A DNA stretch of 64,000 nucleotides from Collinsella sp. Lineage in GTDB: Bacteria > Actinomycetota > Coriobacteriia > Coriobacteriales > Coriobacteriaceae. How positions within the stretch are numbered: the stretch's first letter is position 1; each line of letters begins with the position of its first letter. Shown here piece by piece: positions 15,844 to 23,558 of the stretch. Where the stretch lies: the NCBI GenBank assembly GCA_019414605.1, contig DXLS01000004.1, positions 31,114 through 95,113 of the forward strand, given 5' to 3'. Position numbers and translations under genes: made by a program. The notes under the pieces are model-generated. The model was not told the DNA's origin and made no database searches. It was given only the letters and a program-made list of their open reading frames with translations.

Positions 15844-15889
15844 GGAAAGCGCATCCCAGAATGGACGTCCAAACTGGGATGCGCTTTCC
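15844..15889. repeat. 46-nt hairpin element, copy B
   Basis: GGAAAGCGCATCCCA-N16-TGGGATGCGCTTTCC. It has the same architecture as copy A, with compensatory stem changes. Confidence 0.7.
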
Positions 15890-15933
15890 GCTCTTGAAGA
15901 TATGAGGCTGCGGAGCAGCTGCTCGGCATAGGT

Positions 15934-16629
15934 CTATGCTTGCTGCCAGGTATCGACGAGCTCCTCGGCTGCGGCGTAGGGGTCGTCGGCGCTGCAGACG
16001 GCGCTCACCACAAAGAAGCCGTCGACGCCGGTGGACTTGAGTTGCGGCAGATCGGCCGTCTTGACGCCGCCGCCCACCACAATGGGGACGGGGCTTGCCG
16101 CATGGAGGGCGGCCAGGTCCTCAAAGCTCTTGGTGATGATGGAGCCGTCGGCCGCACGTCCGCAGTCGCGCTTGGTTTCGGTCTCGTGGAGCGGGCCTAC
16201 GCCCAGGTAATCGACCAGGCTCATGTCGGCGGTCTTGACGTACTCGAGCATCTCCTCGCAGCGGGCCGAAAGACCCACGATGGCATCGGGGCCCAAAAGT
16301 TTGCGGCAGACCTCGACGGGGATGTCGCTCTGGCCAACATGCACGCCGTCGACGGCAATACCCTGCTCGCGTGCGGCAAGTACGCAGTCCAGGCGGTCGT
16401 CGATCAGCAGCGCGACCTGCCCGGTTTTGCCGGCCTGAGCGATGGCCTGCGCGGCATCGCCCGTCAGTGCGATGATCTCGCGGGCGCTTGCCACCTTGGA
16501 ACGCACCTGAATGCAGGTAAAGCCGGCGTCGAGCGCCTGGGCCACCACATCGCCCACGGGGCGTCCGAGGGTGTTTTCGGGGCCGAGTACCAGATAGGCC
16601 GAGATATCAAGGTTGTCGCGGATGCTCAT
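15934..16629 (-). CDS. thiE: Thiamine-phosphate synthase
   Basis: Trimmed to ATG 16629 (MSIRDNLDISAYLVLGPE...). It shows the ThiE/TMP-TENI pattern (IQVRSK..., VHVGQSD, GVGPL...T.TK, VVGGG) and follows thiM in the operon. Confidence 0.9.
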   Translation of the reverse strand: MSIRDNLDISAYLVLGPENTLGRPVGDVVAQALDAGFTCIQVRSKVASAREIIALTGDAAQAIAQAGKTGQVALLIDDRLDCVLAAREQGIAVDGVHVGQSDIPVEVCRKLLGPDAIVGLSARCEEMLEYVKTADMSLVDYLGVGPLHETETKRDCGRAADGSIITKSFEDLAALHAASPVPIVVGGGVKTADLPQLKSTGVDGFFVVSAVCSADDPYAAAEELVDTWQQA

Positions 16630-16967
16630 CGTGCTTCCTCCTGCTTTTTGATCTGCGCTTCCATACGCTCGAGTTTGCCGGTCATGGTATCGGTAAAACC
16701 GGGGCGAATATCGGCTTTGAGCACGACTTCGGTACGGATACCTTTGCTCGCCAACACAAAGGTTGCGTCGCGCACGACCTGCATGACCTCGTCCCAGTCG
16801 CCCTCGATCTCGGTGAACATCGAGGTGGTGCGGTTGGGAAGGACGCTCTCGCGAATGACGCGTACGACCTCGGCGACCTCGGCGGACAGCTCGTCGCCGG
16901 TGCCGCACGGGGCGATGGCCACGGCGACGAGCGTGTTCATGCTGGTATTGGTTGCGGGCTCGGACAT
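16626..16967 (-). CDS. MTH1187/YkoF-family (DUF77) thiamine-binding protein
   Basis: 113 aa. VAVAIAPCGTGDELSAEVAEVVRVIRES...MFTEIEGDWDEVMQVV fits the MTH1187/YkoF pattern. It has an ATGA overlap with thiE. Confidence 0.7.
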   Translation of the reverse strand: MSEPATNTSMNTLVAVAIAPCGTGDELSAEVAEVVRVIRESVLPNRTTSMFTEIEGDWDEVMQVVRDATFVLASKGIRTEVVLKADIRPGFTDTMTGKLERMEAQIKKQEEAR

Positions 16968-16970
16968 GGC

Positions 16971-17807
16971 TTATGCCTCCTCGAGCTCGAGTCGGTTATC
17001 GGCGATGTCCTGGGCGGTTGCGCGGTAGAGCTCGTCGATAAAGGCGACCTTAAAGCTTGCCGGGGCATCGGCGACAGCGGCGGCACGCGTGCCGGCTACG
17101 TTGTAGACGGCGGTGCCGCAGACGGCTGCCGTAAACGGATCGGCAGCGCAGGCGTACACGGCTAGCACGCCGCCCTGCGAGCAACCGCAGCCGGTAATCT
17201 TTGACATGAGCGGGCTGCCGCCGTGGGATTTGGCTACGGTCGTGCCGTCGGTAATCAGGTCGACTTCGCCCGAGACCACCACAGCGCCGCCGGTGTAGCG
17301 GGCGAGCGCTACGGCGGCATCGCGGGCGGCATCGACCGTGTCGGTGGTATCGACACCGCGCACGCGGCTCAGATCGGCTGCCTCGCCCTCAAGACCCCAC
17401 AGGCCGGCGAGCGCGATGATCTCGGAGGCGTTGCCGCGTACGATGGCGGGCTTGTACTGCTTGAGCTCGTTTACCAGCTGGGTGCGCAGGCTACCGATGC
17501 CCAGACCCACCGGATCGAGCACCCAGGGCTTGCCGGCGTCGTGTGCCGCCTTGGCCGCGCGGGGAATCGTCTGCTCGTAGATGGGGAAGAGCGTGCCCAT
17601 ATTGAGATAGATGGCGCCGCCAGCAACGAGCGCCTCGCCCTCGTCTGGCAGATAGACCATGGCGGCCGAACCGCCCACGGCGAGCTGCGCGTTGGCGACA
17701 AAGTCGATCGTCACCGTGTTGGTGATGGAGCCGGCCATCGGATTGGTGGCGCGAATCTCTTCCACGGCCTTGACCACATCTTGCTTAAGCTGTTCCGAAT
17801 CAATCAC
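16971..17807 (-). CDS. thiM: Hydroxyethylthiazole kinase
   Basis: Start set at GTG 17807, with AAGGAGG 8 nt upstream. ...PMAGSITNTVTIDFVANAQLAVGGSAAMV... and ...KITGCGCS... are typical of ThiM. Confidence 0.9.
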   Translation of the reverse strand: MIDSEQLKQDVVKAVEEIRATNPMAGSITNTVTIDFVANAQLAVGGSAAMVYLPDEGEALVAGGAIYLNMGTLFPIYEQTIPRAAKAAHDAGKPWVLDPVGLGIGSLRTQLVNELKQYKPAIVRGNASEIIALAGLWGLEGEAADLSRVRGVDTTDTVDAARDAAVALARYTGGAVVVSGEVDLITDGTTVAKSHGGSPLMSKITGCGCSQGGVLAVYACAADPFTAAVCGTAVYNVAGTRAAAVADAPASFKVAFIDELYRATAQDIADNRLELEEA

Positions 17808-17827
17808 TGCACATGCCTCCTTGGCAT

Positions 17828-17860
17828 AGAAAAGGGGCGCTGTGCATAGACAGCGCCCCT
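17828..17860 (-). terminator. Intrinsic terminator/attenuator (expression platform of the TPP riboswitch)
   Basis: The minus strand reads AGGGGCGCTGT-loop-ACAGCGCCCCT followed by TTTTCT. It lies between the aptamer and the thiM SD. Confidence 0.65.
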
Positions 17861-17869
17861 GCAAAGGCG

Positions 17870-17965
17870 GCATGCTCCCTACGCCAGCATTAACTGACAG
17901 GTTCAAAGGATTGGGCCCCATGCCCTCTCAGCCTTGTGGTTTGCACCGCCGGCACTCCCGCATCG
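17870..17965 (-). promoter_or_regulatory. TPP (THI-box) riboswitch aptamer
   Basis: The minus strand reads GGGAGTGCCGGCGGTGCAAACCACAAGGCTGAGAGGGCATGGGGCCCAATCCTTTGAACCTGTCAGTTAATGCTGGCGTAGGGA. It contains the conserved CTGAGA, ACCTG and GCGTAGGGA elements and lies upstream of thiM. Confidence 0.85.
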
Positions 17966-17991
17966 AATCTGTTGTTCCCTATACTAGCGCA

Positions 17992-18024
17992 CCTGCCAAA
18001 AAGGGACAGGTTTATTTTGGCAGG
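17992..18024 (+). repeat. GGGACAG-loop hairpin, copy 1
   Basis: CCTGCCAAAA-AGGGACAGGTTTA-TTTTGGCAGG, 39 nt upstream of the HAD gene start. Confidence 0.75.
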
Positions 18025-18062
18025 TCGTTACAATAGGTAGGACCGATACGAATGGGGGCCTT

Positions 18063-18971
18063 ATGATCAAACTTGTGCTGACCGATATGGACGATACACT
18101 GATTCCAGCCGGGCATGACGGCGCCAGCGACTACGCCATCGAGGGCATTCATGCCATGCAGGCGGCGGGTCTGCACTTTGGCCCGGTTTCGGGTCGCCAG
18201 CCGTCCGCGATGGGCTGGATGTTCAAAAATCGTTCCGAGTGCTTTTCGACCGGTGCGTTCTGCAACGGCCAGGTCATGTTTGTCGACGGTCAGGCGGTCG
18301 CTTCGCGCGCGACCGACAACGATGCCCTGATGCGTCTGGCCGATTACCTCGAGCAAGAGACCGACGATACCTATCTAAAGGTCTACAGCCTGGGTGACGA
18401 CTTTTGGGATAACGATGCCTATTGCGTGACGAGCGACCCCGAGCGCGTGCGTCGCGCCATGGAGTCGGGCGGCAACGCATGGCTCAAGGGCGAAGAGGCT
18501 CCGTGCCGTCCCGTTGTCGATGATGCCCCGGTATACAAGGCGAATATCTGGAGCGCCCGTTCGCGTGAGGAGCTCGCGGAGCTACGTGAGCGCGTTGCCG
18601 CTGAGGTACCGGAGCTCTCACTCGTGTTTCCCAACAATCGTGTGCGCCTGTTCGATATCCTTCCAGCAGGTTGGGACAAGGGTTGCGCCGCGCTGGAGCT
18701 GGCGCGCGCTTTGGACCTGACGCTCGACGAGGTGGCCGTATTCGGTGATTCCGATAACGACCTGCCCATGATCGATGCCGTTCCCAACTCCGTTGCAGTC
18801 GCCAATGCCAACGAGGCTGTCACGGCTGCCGCGCGCTGGCATATCGGCGCTGCGGTAGACGATGCGGTTGCCGAGGCTCTGCATCAGATTGCCGCCTGCG
18901 CCGCGACGGGGGAGATGCCGCCGTTTATGCGTCAGATGGATGCGACGGGTTTCGACGTCACGAACGTCTAG
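18063..18971 (+). CDS. Cof-type HAD-IIB phosphatase
   Basis: 302 aa with DMDDTL (motif I) and FGDSDNDLPM (motif IV). Confidence 0.85.
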   Translation: MIKLVLTDMDDTLIPAGHDGASDYAIEGIHAMQAAGLHFGPVSGRQPSAMGWMFKNRSECFSTGAFCNGQVMFVDGQAVASRATDNDALMRLADYLEQETDDTYLKVYSLGDDFWDNDAYCVTSDPERVRRAMESGGNAWLKGEEAPCRPVVDDAPVYKANIWSARSREELAELRERVAAEVPELSLVFPNNRVRLFDILPAGWDKGCAALELARALDLTLDEVAVFGDSDNDLPMIDAVPNSVAVANANEAVTAAARWHIGAAVDDAVAEALHQIAACAATGEMPPFMRQMDATGFDVTNV

Positions 18972-18981
18972 GGAGGGCGCT

Positions 18982-19878
18982 ATGAAGCTTCAGCAGCTCA
19001 GATATGTTGTAAAGGTTGCCGAATGCGGCAGCATCACCGAGGCCTCGCGCCGACTCTTTGTGTCGCAGCCTTCGATTACCGCATCGATCCGCGATCTCGA
19101 AAACGAGATGGGTGTGCACATCTTTGAGCGCACCAACAAGGGCGTCATTGTGTCCGAGGAAGGCGAGACCTTCTTGGGCTACGCGCGCCAGGTGCTCGAC
19201 CAGGCCGACCTGCTCGAGGGCAAGTACAAGGGCGCGTCCGAGCAGGTGCCGCACTTTAGTGTGAGCTGCCAGCATTATTCCTTTGCCGTTAATGCGTTTG
19301 TCGACGTGATCCGTGAATTCGATGCCGCGCGCTATGACTTTACCCTGCGCGAGGAACAGACTCACGAGATTATCGAGGACGTCGCGCATATGAAAAGCGA
19401 ACTGGGCATCTTGTACTTGTCCGAGCACAATCGCGAGGTCATCGAGCGCATGCTGGCGGCCAACGAGCTCGTGTTCGAAGAGCTCTTCTGCGCCACGCCG
19501 CACGTTTTTGTGTGCGCCGACCATCCGCTGGCGGGCCGCTCCAGCGTGACGCTCGAGGACCTGGAGGACTATCCCTTCCTGTCCTACGAACAGGGCAGCT
19601 ACAACTCGTTTTACTATTCCGAGGAACTGACCTCGACGTTTGAGCGCCGCAAGAACATCCGCGTGCGCGATCGCGCGACGTTGTTCAACCTGGCCATGGG
19701 CCTCAACGGCTACACGGTGTGTTCGGGCGTGATCAGCCACGAGCTCAACGGGCCGGGTATTATCTCCATTCCGCTCGATGTGGACGAGTACATGGAGATC
19801 GGCATCATCACGCGCAAAAATACGACGCTCACGCGCTACGGTCGGGCCTATATCGACGCGATCCGCCAACATATCTAG
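18982..19878 (+). CDS. LysR-family transcriptional regulator
   Basis: Trimmed to ATG 18982, with GGGAGGG upstream. The N-terminal HTH is MKLQQLRYVVKVAECGSITEASRRLFVSQPSITASIRDLE. Confidence 0.85.
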   Translation: MKLQQLRYVVKVAECGSITEASRRLFVSQPSITASIRDLENEMGVHIFERTNKGVIVSEEGETFLGYARQVLDQADLLEGKYKGASEQVPHFSVSCQHYSFAVNAFVDVIREFDAARYDFTLREEQTHEIIEDVAHMKSELGILYLSEHNREVIERMLAANELVFEELFCATPHVFVCADHPLAGRSSVTLEDLEDYPFLSYEQGSYNSFYYSEELTSTFERRKNIRVRDRATLFNLAMGLNGYTVCSGVISHELNGPGIISIPLDVDEYMEIGIITRKNTTLTRYGRAYIDAIRQHI

Positions 19879-19925
19879 GCTGCTGCGTTCTGCACAGGTC
19901 AAATCTCTTTAAGGCAGCCCAAACT

Positions 19926-19946
19926 GATATAGGAAGCATCTATATC
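19926..19946. promoter_or_regulatory. Possible LysR-type operator
   Basis: GATATAG-N7-CTATATC dyad in the AT-rich gap between the LysR gene and the MetE-like gene. Confidence 0.3.
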
Positions 19947-20033
19947 AAACTGTTATAAACATATATTATACGATGGCCATAGGAGCGCTCATACTCTGTC
20001 CCAGTAAAGCAACCAATTCAAAGGGAGATATCT

Positions 20034-21167
20034 ATGAGCACTTCGATTCAACCGAACGCGCCGTTTCGCGCCGATATCGTCGGCAGTTTTCTTCGTCCTC
20101 AGGCCGTGAAGGACGCCCGTGCCGCCTACGCCGCGGGCACGCTTGATGACGACGGCCTTAAGGCCGTCGAGGACGATGCCATTCGCGATTTGGTGGCAAA
20201 GCAGAAGGCCGCCGGCCTGCAGGTCATCACCGATGGTGAGTTTCGCCGCAGCTACTGGCACCTCGATTTTATGTGGGGCCTTAACGGCATTGAACGCCGT
20301 ACCTCGCGTACGGGTTATATGTTCCACGACGAGGAGACCACAGCCGACACCGCCGTGGTAACCGGCCCCATTAGCGGCGAGAACCATCCGTTCGTCGAAC
20401 ACTTTATATTTGTCAAGGTGCTCGAGGGGGAGGGCCAGGTCGCGCGGCAAACCATTCCGGCGCCGATCCAGACGTTCTCCGAAGTCACGCTCGACCGCTG
20501 CGACGGCCAGCAGGAGAGCCTGCGCGCTGTCTATAAGACCGATGAGGAACTTGCCGACGCCATCGCAGCCGCTTATCGCACGGTGATCGCCGACCTGTAC
20601 GCAGCAGGCTGCCGCAACATCCAGTTTGATGACTGCACCTGGGGCATCTACTGCGACACCGATTTTGTCGCCAAAACCGGCATGAGCCCGGTCGACCTGC
20701 AAAAGGTAAGCGAGCTGGGCGTGGCGCTCAACAATGCCGCCATCGCGGACAAGCCCGACGATCTGGTCATCAACACGCATGTGTGCCGCGGCAACTACCA
20801 CTCCACCTATGCCTTCGAGGGCGGCTATGACCCCATCGCGCCGTACCTGTTCGCAAACGAGGATGTCGATGCATTTTACCTGGAGTTCGATACGCCGCGC
20901 GCCGGCGGTTTTGAGCCGCTCAAGTACGTTGCCCCGGGCAAGAAGGTCGTGCTGGGCTTGGTAACCACCAAGGCGGCAGAGCTCGAGAACGAGGATGTTA
21001 TCGTCGAGCGTATTCACGAGGCTGCAAAGTATGTTCCGCTCGAGAACCTGTATCTGTCGCCTCAGTGCGGCTTTGCCAGCTGCGAGATTGGCAACAAGCT
21101 GACCGAGGATGAGCAATGGGCAAAGATCGCGCTGGTCAAGCGCATTGCCGAGCGCGTTTGGAAATAG
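20034..21167 (+). CDS. Cobalamin-independent methionine synthase family protein (MetE C-terminal-like, YxjG/YxjH type)
   Basis: 377 aa. FRADIVGSFLRP...ITDGEFRRSYWHLDF...CRGNY...SPQCGF is typical of the Meth_synt_2 family. Confidence 0.8.
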   Translation: MSTSIQPNAPFRADIVGSFLRPQAVKDARAAYAAGTLDDDGLKAVEDDAIRDLVAKQKAAGLQVITDGEFRRSYWHLDFMWGLNGIERRTSRTGYMFHDEETTADTAVVTGPISGENHPFVEHFIFVKVLEGEGQVARQTIPAPIQTFSEVTLDRCDGQQESLRAVYKTDEELADAIAAAYRTVIADLYAAGCRNIQFDDCTWGIYCDTDFVAKTGMSPVDLQKVSELGVALNNAAIADKPDDLVINTHVCRGNYHSTYAFEGGYDPIAPYLFANEDVDAFYLEFDTPRAGGFEPLKYVAPGKKVVLGLVTTKAAELENEDVIVERIHEAAKYVPLENLYLSPQCGFASCEIGNKLTEDEQWAKIALVKRIAERVWK

Positions 21168-21289
21168 CGCTAGTGTTTGCAGGTGGCGGCGCGTGCGAGG
21201 CATAGTGTATCGCGTACAATGGTTCGGATCGTATCGTTCGGGCAGGTTATCCGATATGCCTGATCGCCCTTCCATTCGAAAGGACATCC

Positions 21290-22624
21290 ATGTCCCAGTC
21301 CTCGACGCCCGCCGTCAGCGATGCCATCTACGACGCATCGTCGCTCGGCCGCCCGCGCATGTTTCTGCTCGGCCTACAGCACCTGTTTGCCATGTTTGGC
21401 GCCACCGTGCTGGTGCCCGTGCTCACCGGCCTCTCGGTATCGGCAACGCTTTTGTTTGCCGGCTTGGGCACGCTGCTGTTCCACTTCCTGTCGCGCGGTA
21501 AGGTGCCGGCATTTTTGGGCTCATCGTTTGCCTTTATTGCCGGTTATGCCGCAATCGCGCCCAACGGCGAGACCGAGCTTTTGCCCTACGCCTGCCTGGG
21601 CGTAGCTTGTGCCGGTCTGCTCTATCCGGTGCTGGCGGCGCTCTTCCGCGCGTTTGGCGCCAAGCGTGTCATGCGTTTCTTTCCGCCGGTGGTGACTGGC
21701 CCCATCGTCATTTCCATCGGCTTGATCCTGGCAAGTTCCGCTATTGCTAACTGCCAGACCAACTGGCTTGTGGCTGTCATTGGCGTTGCCGTTATCGTCA
21801 TCTGCAACATCTGGGGCCGTGGCATGGTCAAGATCGTGCCGATTTTGCTGGGCGTTGTGGTGAGCTATGCCGTTGCGGCTGCGCTCGGCGAGGTTGATTT
21901 CTCGGGCGTTGCCGCCGCTCCGTGGGTCGGTCTGCCCATCGTGTGGGACAACACCGTGTTTGCACTCTTTGGGCCGCAGTTCGATAGCGGTCTTGCCACG
22001 ACGGCCATCATCACCATCATGCCGCTGGCCTTCGCGACCATGATCGAGCATATCGGCGATATCTCTGCTATCGGTTCGACTTGCGAGTGCAACTACATTG
22101 CCGATCCCGGTCTGCATCGCACGCTGCTCGGCGACGGCCTTGCCACGATTCTGGCTTCGCTCTTTGGCGCTCCGGCCAACACTACGTATGGTGAGAACAC
22201 CGGCGTGCTCGCCCTGACGCGCGTGTTCGACCCGCGCGTAATTCGAATTGCCGCGTGTTGCGCCATCGTGCTTTCGTTCTGCCCCAAGTTCGCGGCTGTC
22301 ATTGCGGCCATGCCGGCGTGTGTGATCGGCGGTGTGTCGCTCGTGCTCTACGGCATGATCAGCGCTGTGGGCGTCCGCAACCTCATCGAGAACCAGGTCG
22401 ATTTCCAGAACAACCGCAACGTGCTGGTTGCCGCGCTGGTGCTCGTGCTTTCGCTCGGCATCGCGTACAGCACCGCCGGCGCCATCGTGTTGGAGCTCGG
22501 CGGCGTGACGATTTCGCTGTCCGGCATTGCCGTGGGCTCACTGGTGGGCATTGTGCTCAACGCCATCCTGCCGGGTAACGACTTTGAGTTTGATGTCTCC
22601 GAGCTTGAGGAGGCTGCTGAGTAG
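21290..22624 (+). CDS. NCS2-family uracil/xanthine permease
   Basis: 444 aa, multi-TM, with the signature-like LGLQHLFAMFGATVLVPVLTG. Confidence 0.85.
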   Translation: MSQSSTPAVSDAIYDASSLGRPRMFLLGLQHLFAMFGATVLVPVLTGLSVSATLLFAGLGTLLFHFLSRGKVPAFLGSSFAFIAGYAAIAPNGETELLPYACLGVACAGLLYPVLAALFRAFGAKRVMRFFPPVVTGPIVISIGLILASSAIANCQTNWLVAVIGVAVIVICNIWGRGMVKIVPILLGVVVSYAVAAALGEVDFSGVAAAPWVGLPIVWDNTVFALFGPQFDSGLATTAIITIMPLAFATMIEHIGDISAIGSTCECNYIADPGLHRTLLGDGLATILASLFGAPANTTYGENTGVLALTRVFDPRVIRIAACCAIVLSFCPKFAAVIAAMPACVIGGVSLVLYGMISAVGVRNLIENQVDFQNNRNVLVAALVLVLSLGIAYSTAGAIVLELGGVTISLSGIAVGSLVGIVLNAILPGNDFEFDVSELEEAAE

Positions 22625-22649
22625 CAGCTGCGTTCAGCTAAAACAAGAT

Positions 22650-22688
22650 ATGGTGCCCATGCGTATATGCGTGTGGGCACCATTTTTA
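22650..22688 (+). terminator. Intrinsic terminator
   Basis: ATGGTGCCCA-loop-TGGGCACCAT followed by TTTT. Confidence 0.65.
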
Positions 22689-23351
22689 ATGTGTCAGTAT
22701 CCAGTGGATGCCGCGGGCCATGCGTAAGTCGGTTTGGGCAAAGTGATTGCCGGGGTTGAGCTCCAGCGTTGTTGGAATGCCGCGCTCGACGAGCAACGCT
22801 TCCATCGCGCGTGTGTCGTCGAGTACATGCCGCATCATGCGGTTGGGCGTCTTGGTTTCCTTTTTGCCGAGTGACAGGTAGACGGCTTGCGGGCTGCCGG
22901 CAAAAGGGGCCGTGCTGGCACGGTCGACAAAGTCGGGAAACCATAGCGACCCCGATGCGCTCGCGGCGCGGTCAAAGGCGTCGGTTTGCCAGAGGGACCA
23001 GAGTGCGAAGAGGCCCGCGAGCGAGTAACCGGCAATGCCGCGCCGGGTGGGCGGCTGAGGAAGCGACGACTCGACCTGGGGGATTATCTGATTCAGCAGC
23101 TCATCAAGAAAATCGGCAGCTTGGCCGCCGAAAGGCTCGGCATCGCGTACGGTCCCGTCGCATGCCCAGGGGCTCAGCTCGCGATTCCAATCGAGCCCGC
23201 CAATGGTGACGAGGGCGAATGGCGGACAGTCGAGCTCTCGGCAACACTTATAAACCTCGCTGCCGTCGCCCACGACCACAGGAAGGTAGATGACAGGCGC
23301 GCTTTCCGTATGATTCGAATAAACGGTTATCTGCTTTTGATGCGCTTCCAT
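22686..23351 (-). CDS. Alpha/beta-hydrolase esterase (putative esterase family)
   Basis: 221 aa with the nucleophile elbow GYSLAG. Confidence 0.7.
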   Translation of the reverse strand: MEAHQKQITVYSNHTESAPVIYLPVVVGDGSEVYKCCRELDCPPFALVTIGGLDWNRELSPWACDGTVRDAEPFGGQAADFLDELLNQIIPQVESSLPQPPTRRGIAGYSLAGLFALWSLWQTDAFDRAASASGSLWFPDFVDRASTAPFAGSPQAVYLSLGKKETKTPNRMMRHVLDDTRAMEALLVERGIPTTLELNPGNHFAQTDLRMARGIHWILTH

Positions 23352-23558
23352 GACGGGCTTCTCTCAGTGTTGTGATATCGGCAGCCCCAATTGTCGCACG
23401 CCAGCGTATGCCGGTTGGGCTAGACCAAAGACAATCTCGTGCATCCCCTGCGGACGCATATGGAAAACGCCACCGCCGGAGGGGAGCTCGGCGGTGGCGT
23501 TGTTAAACGGTGCTGGGGCTCGGGGCCTTCGCGGGAGCTGCCATGTGCGCAGAGGCGT

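Noticed and set aside
18015-18035. A sigma-54-like TGGCA-N6-TTAC element overlapping the 3' arm of hairpin copy 1.
   Set aside because: It matches only loosely (TTAC instead of TTGC). It is not conserved in copy 4, and no sigma-54 activator is in view.
15940-21287. Several long alternative-frame or antisense ORFs (15940..17028, 17223..17849, 18958..19902, 19989..21287). Similar ones occur elsewhere (12286..13224, 30802..31770, 37857..39017, 40572..41909, 55618..56613, 58412..59638, 60374..61417, 62478..63410).
   Set aside because: Each lies opposite to or out of frame with a CDS that has recognisable family motifs and an SD. Their compositions are GC-artefact-like (rich in R, A, G, P, H), and none has a recognisable domain.
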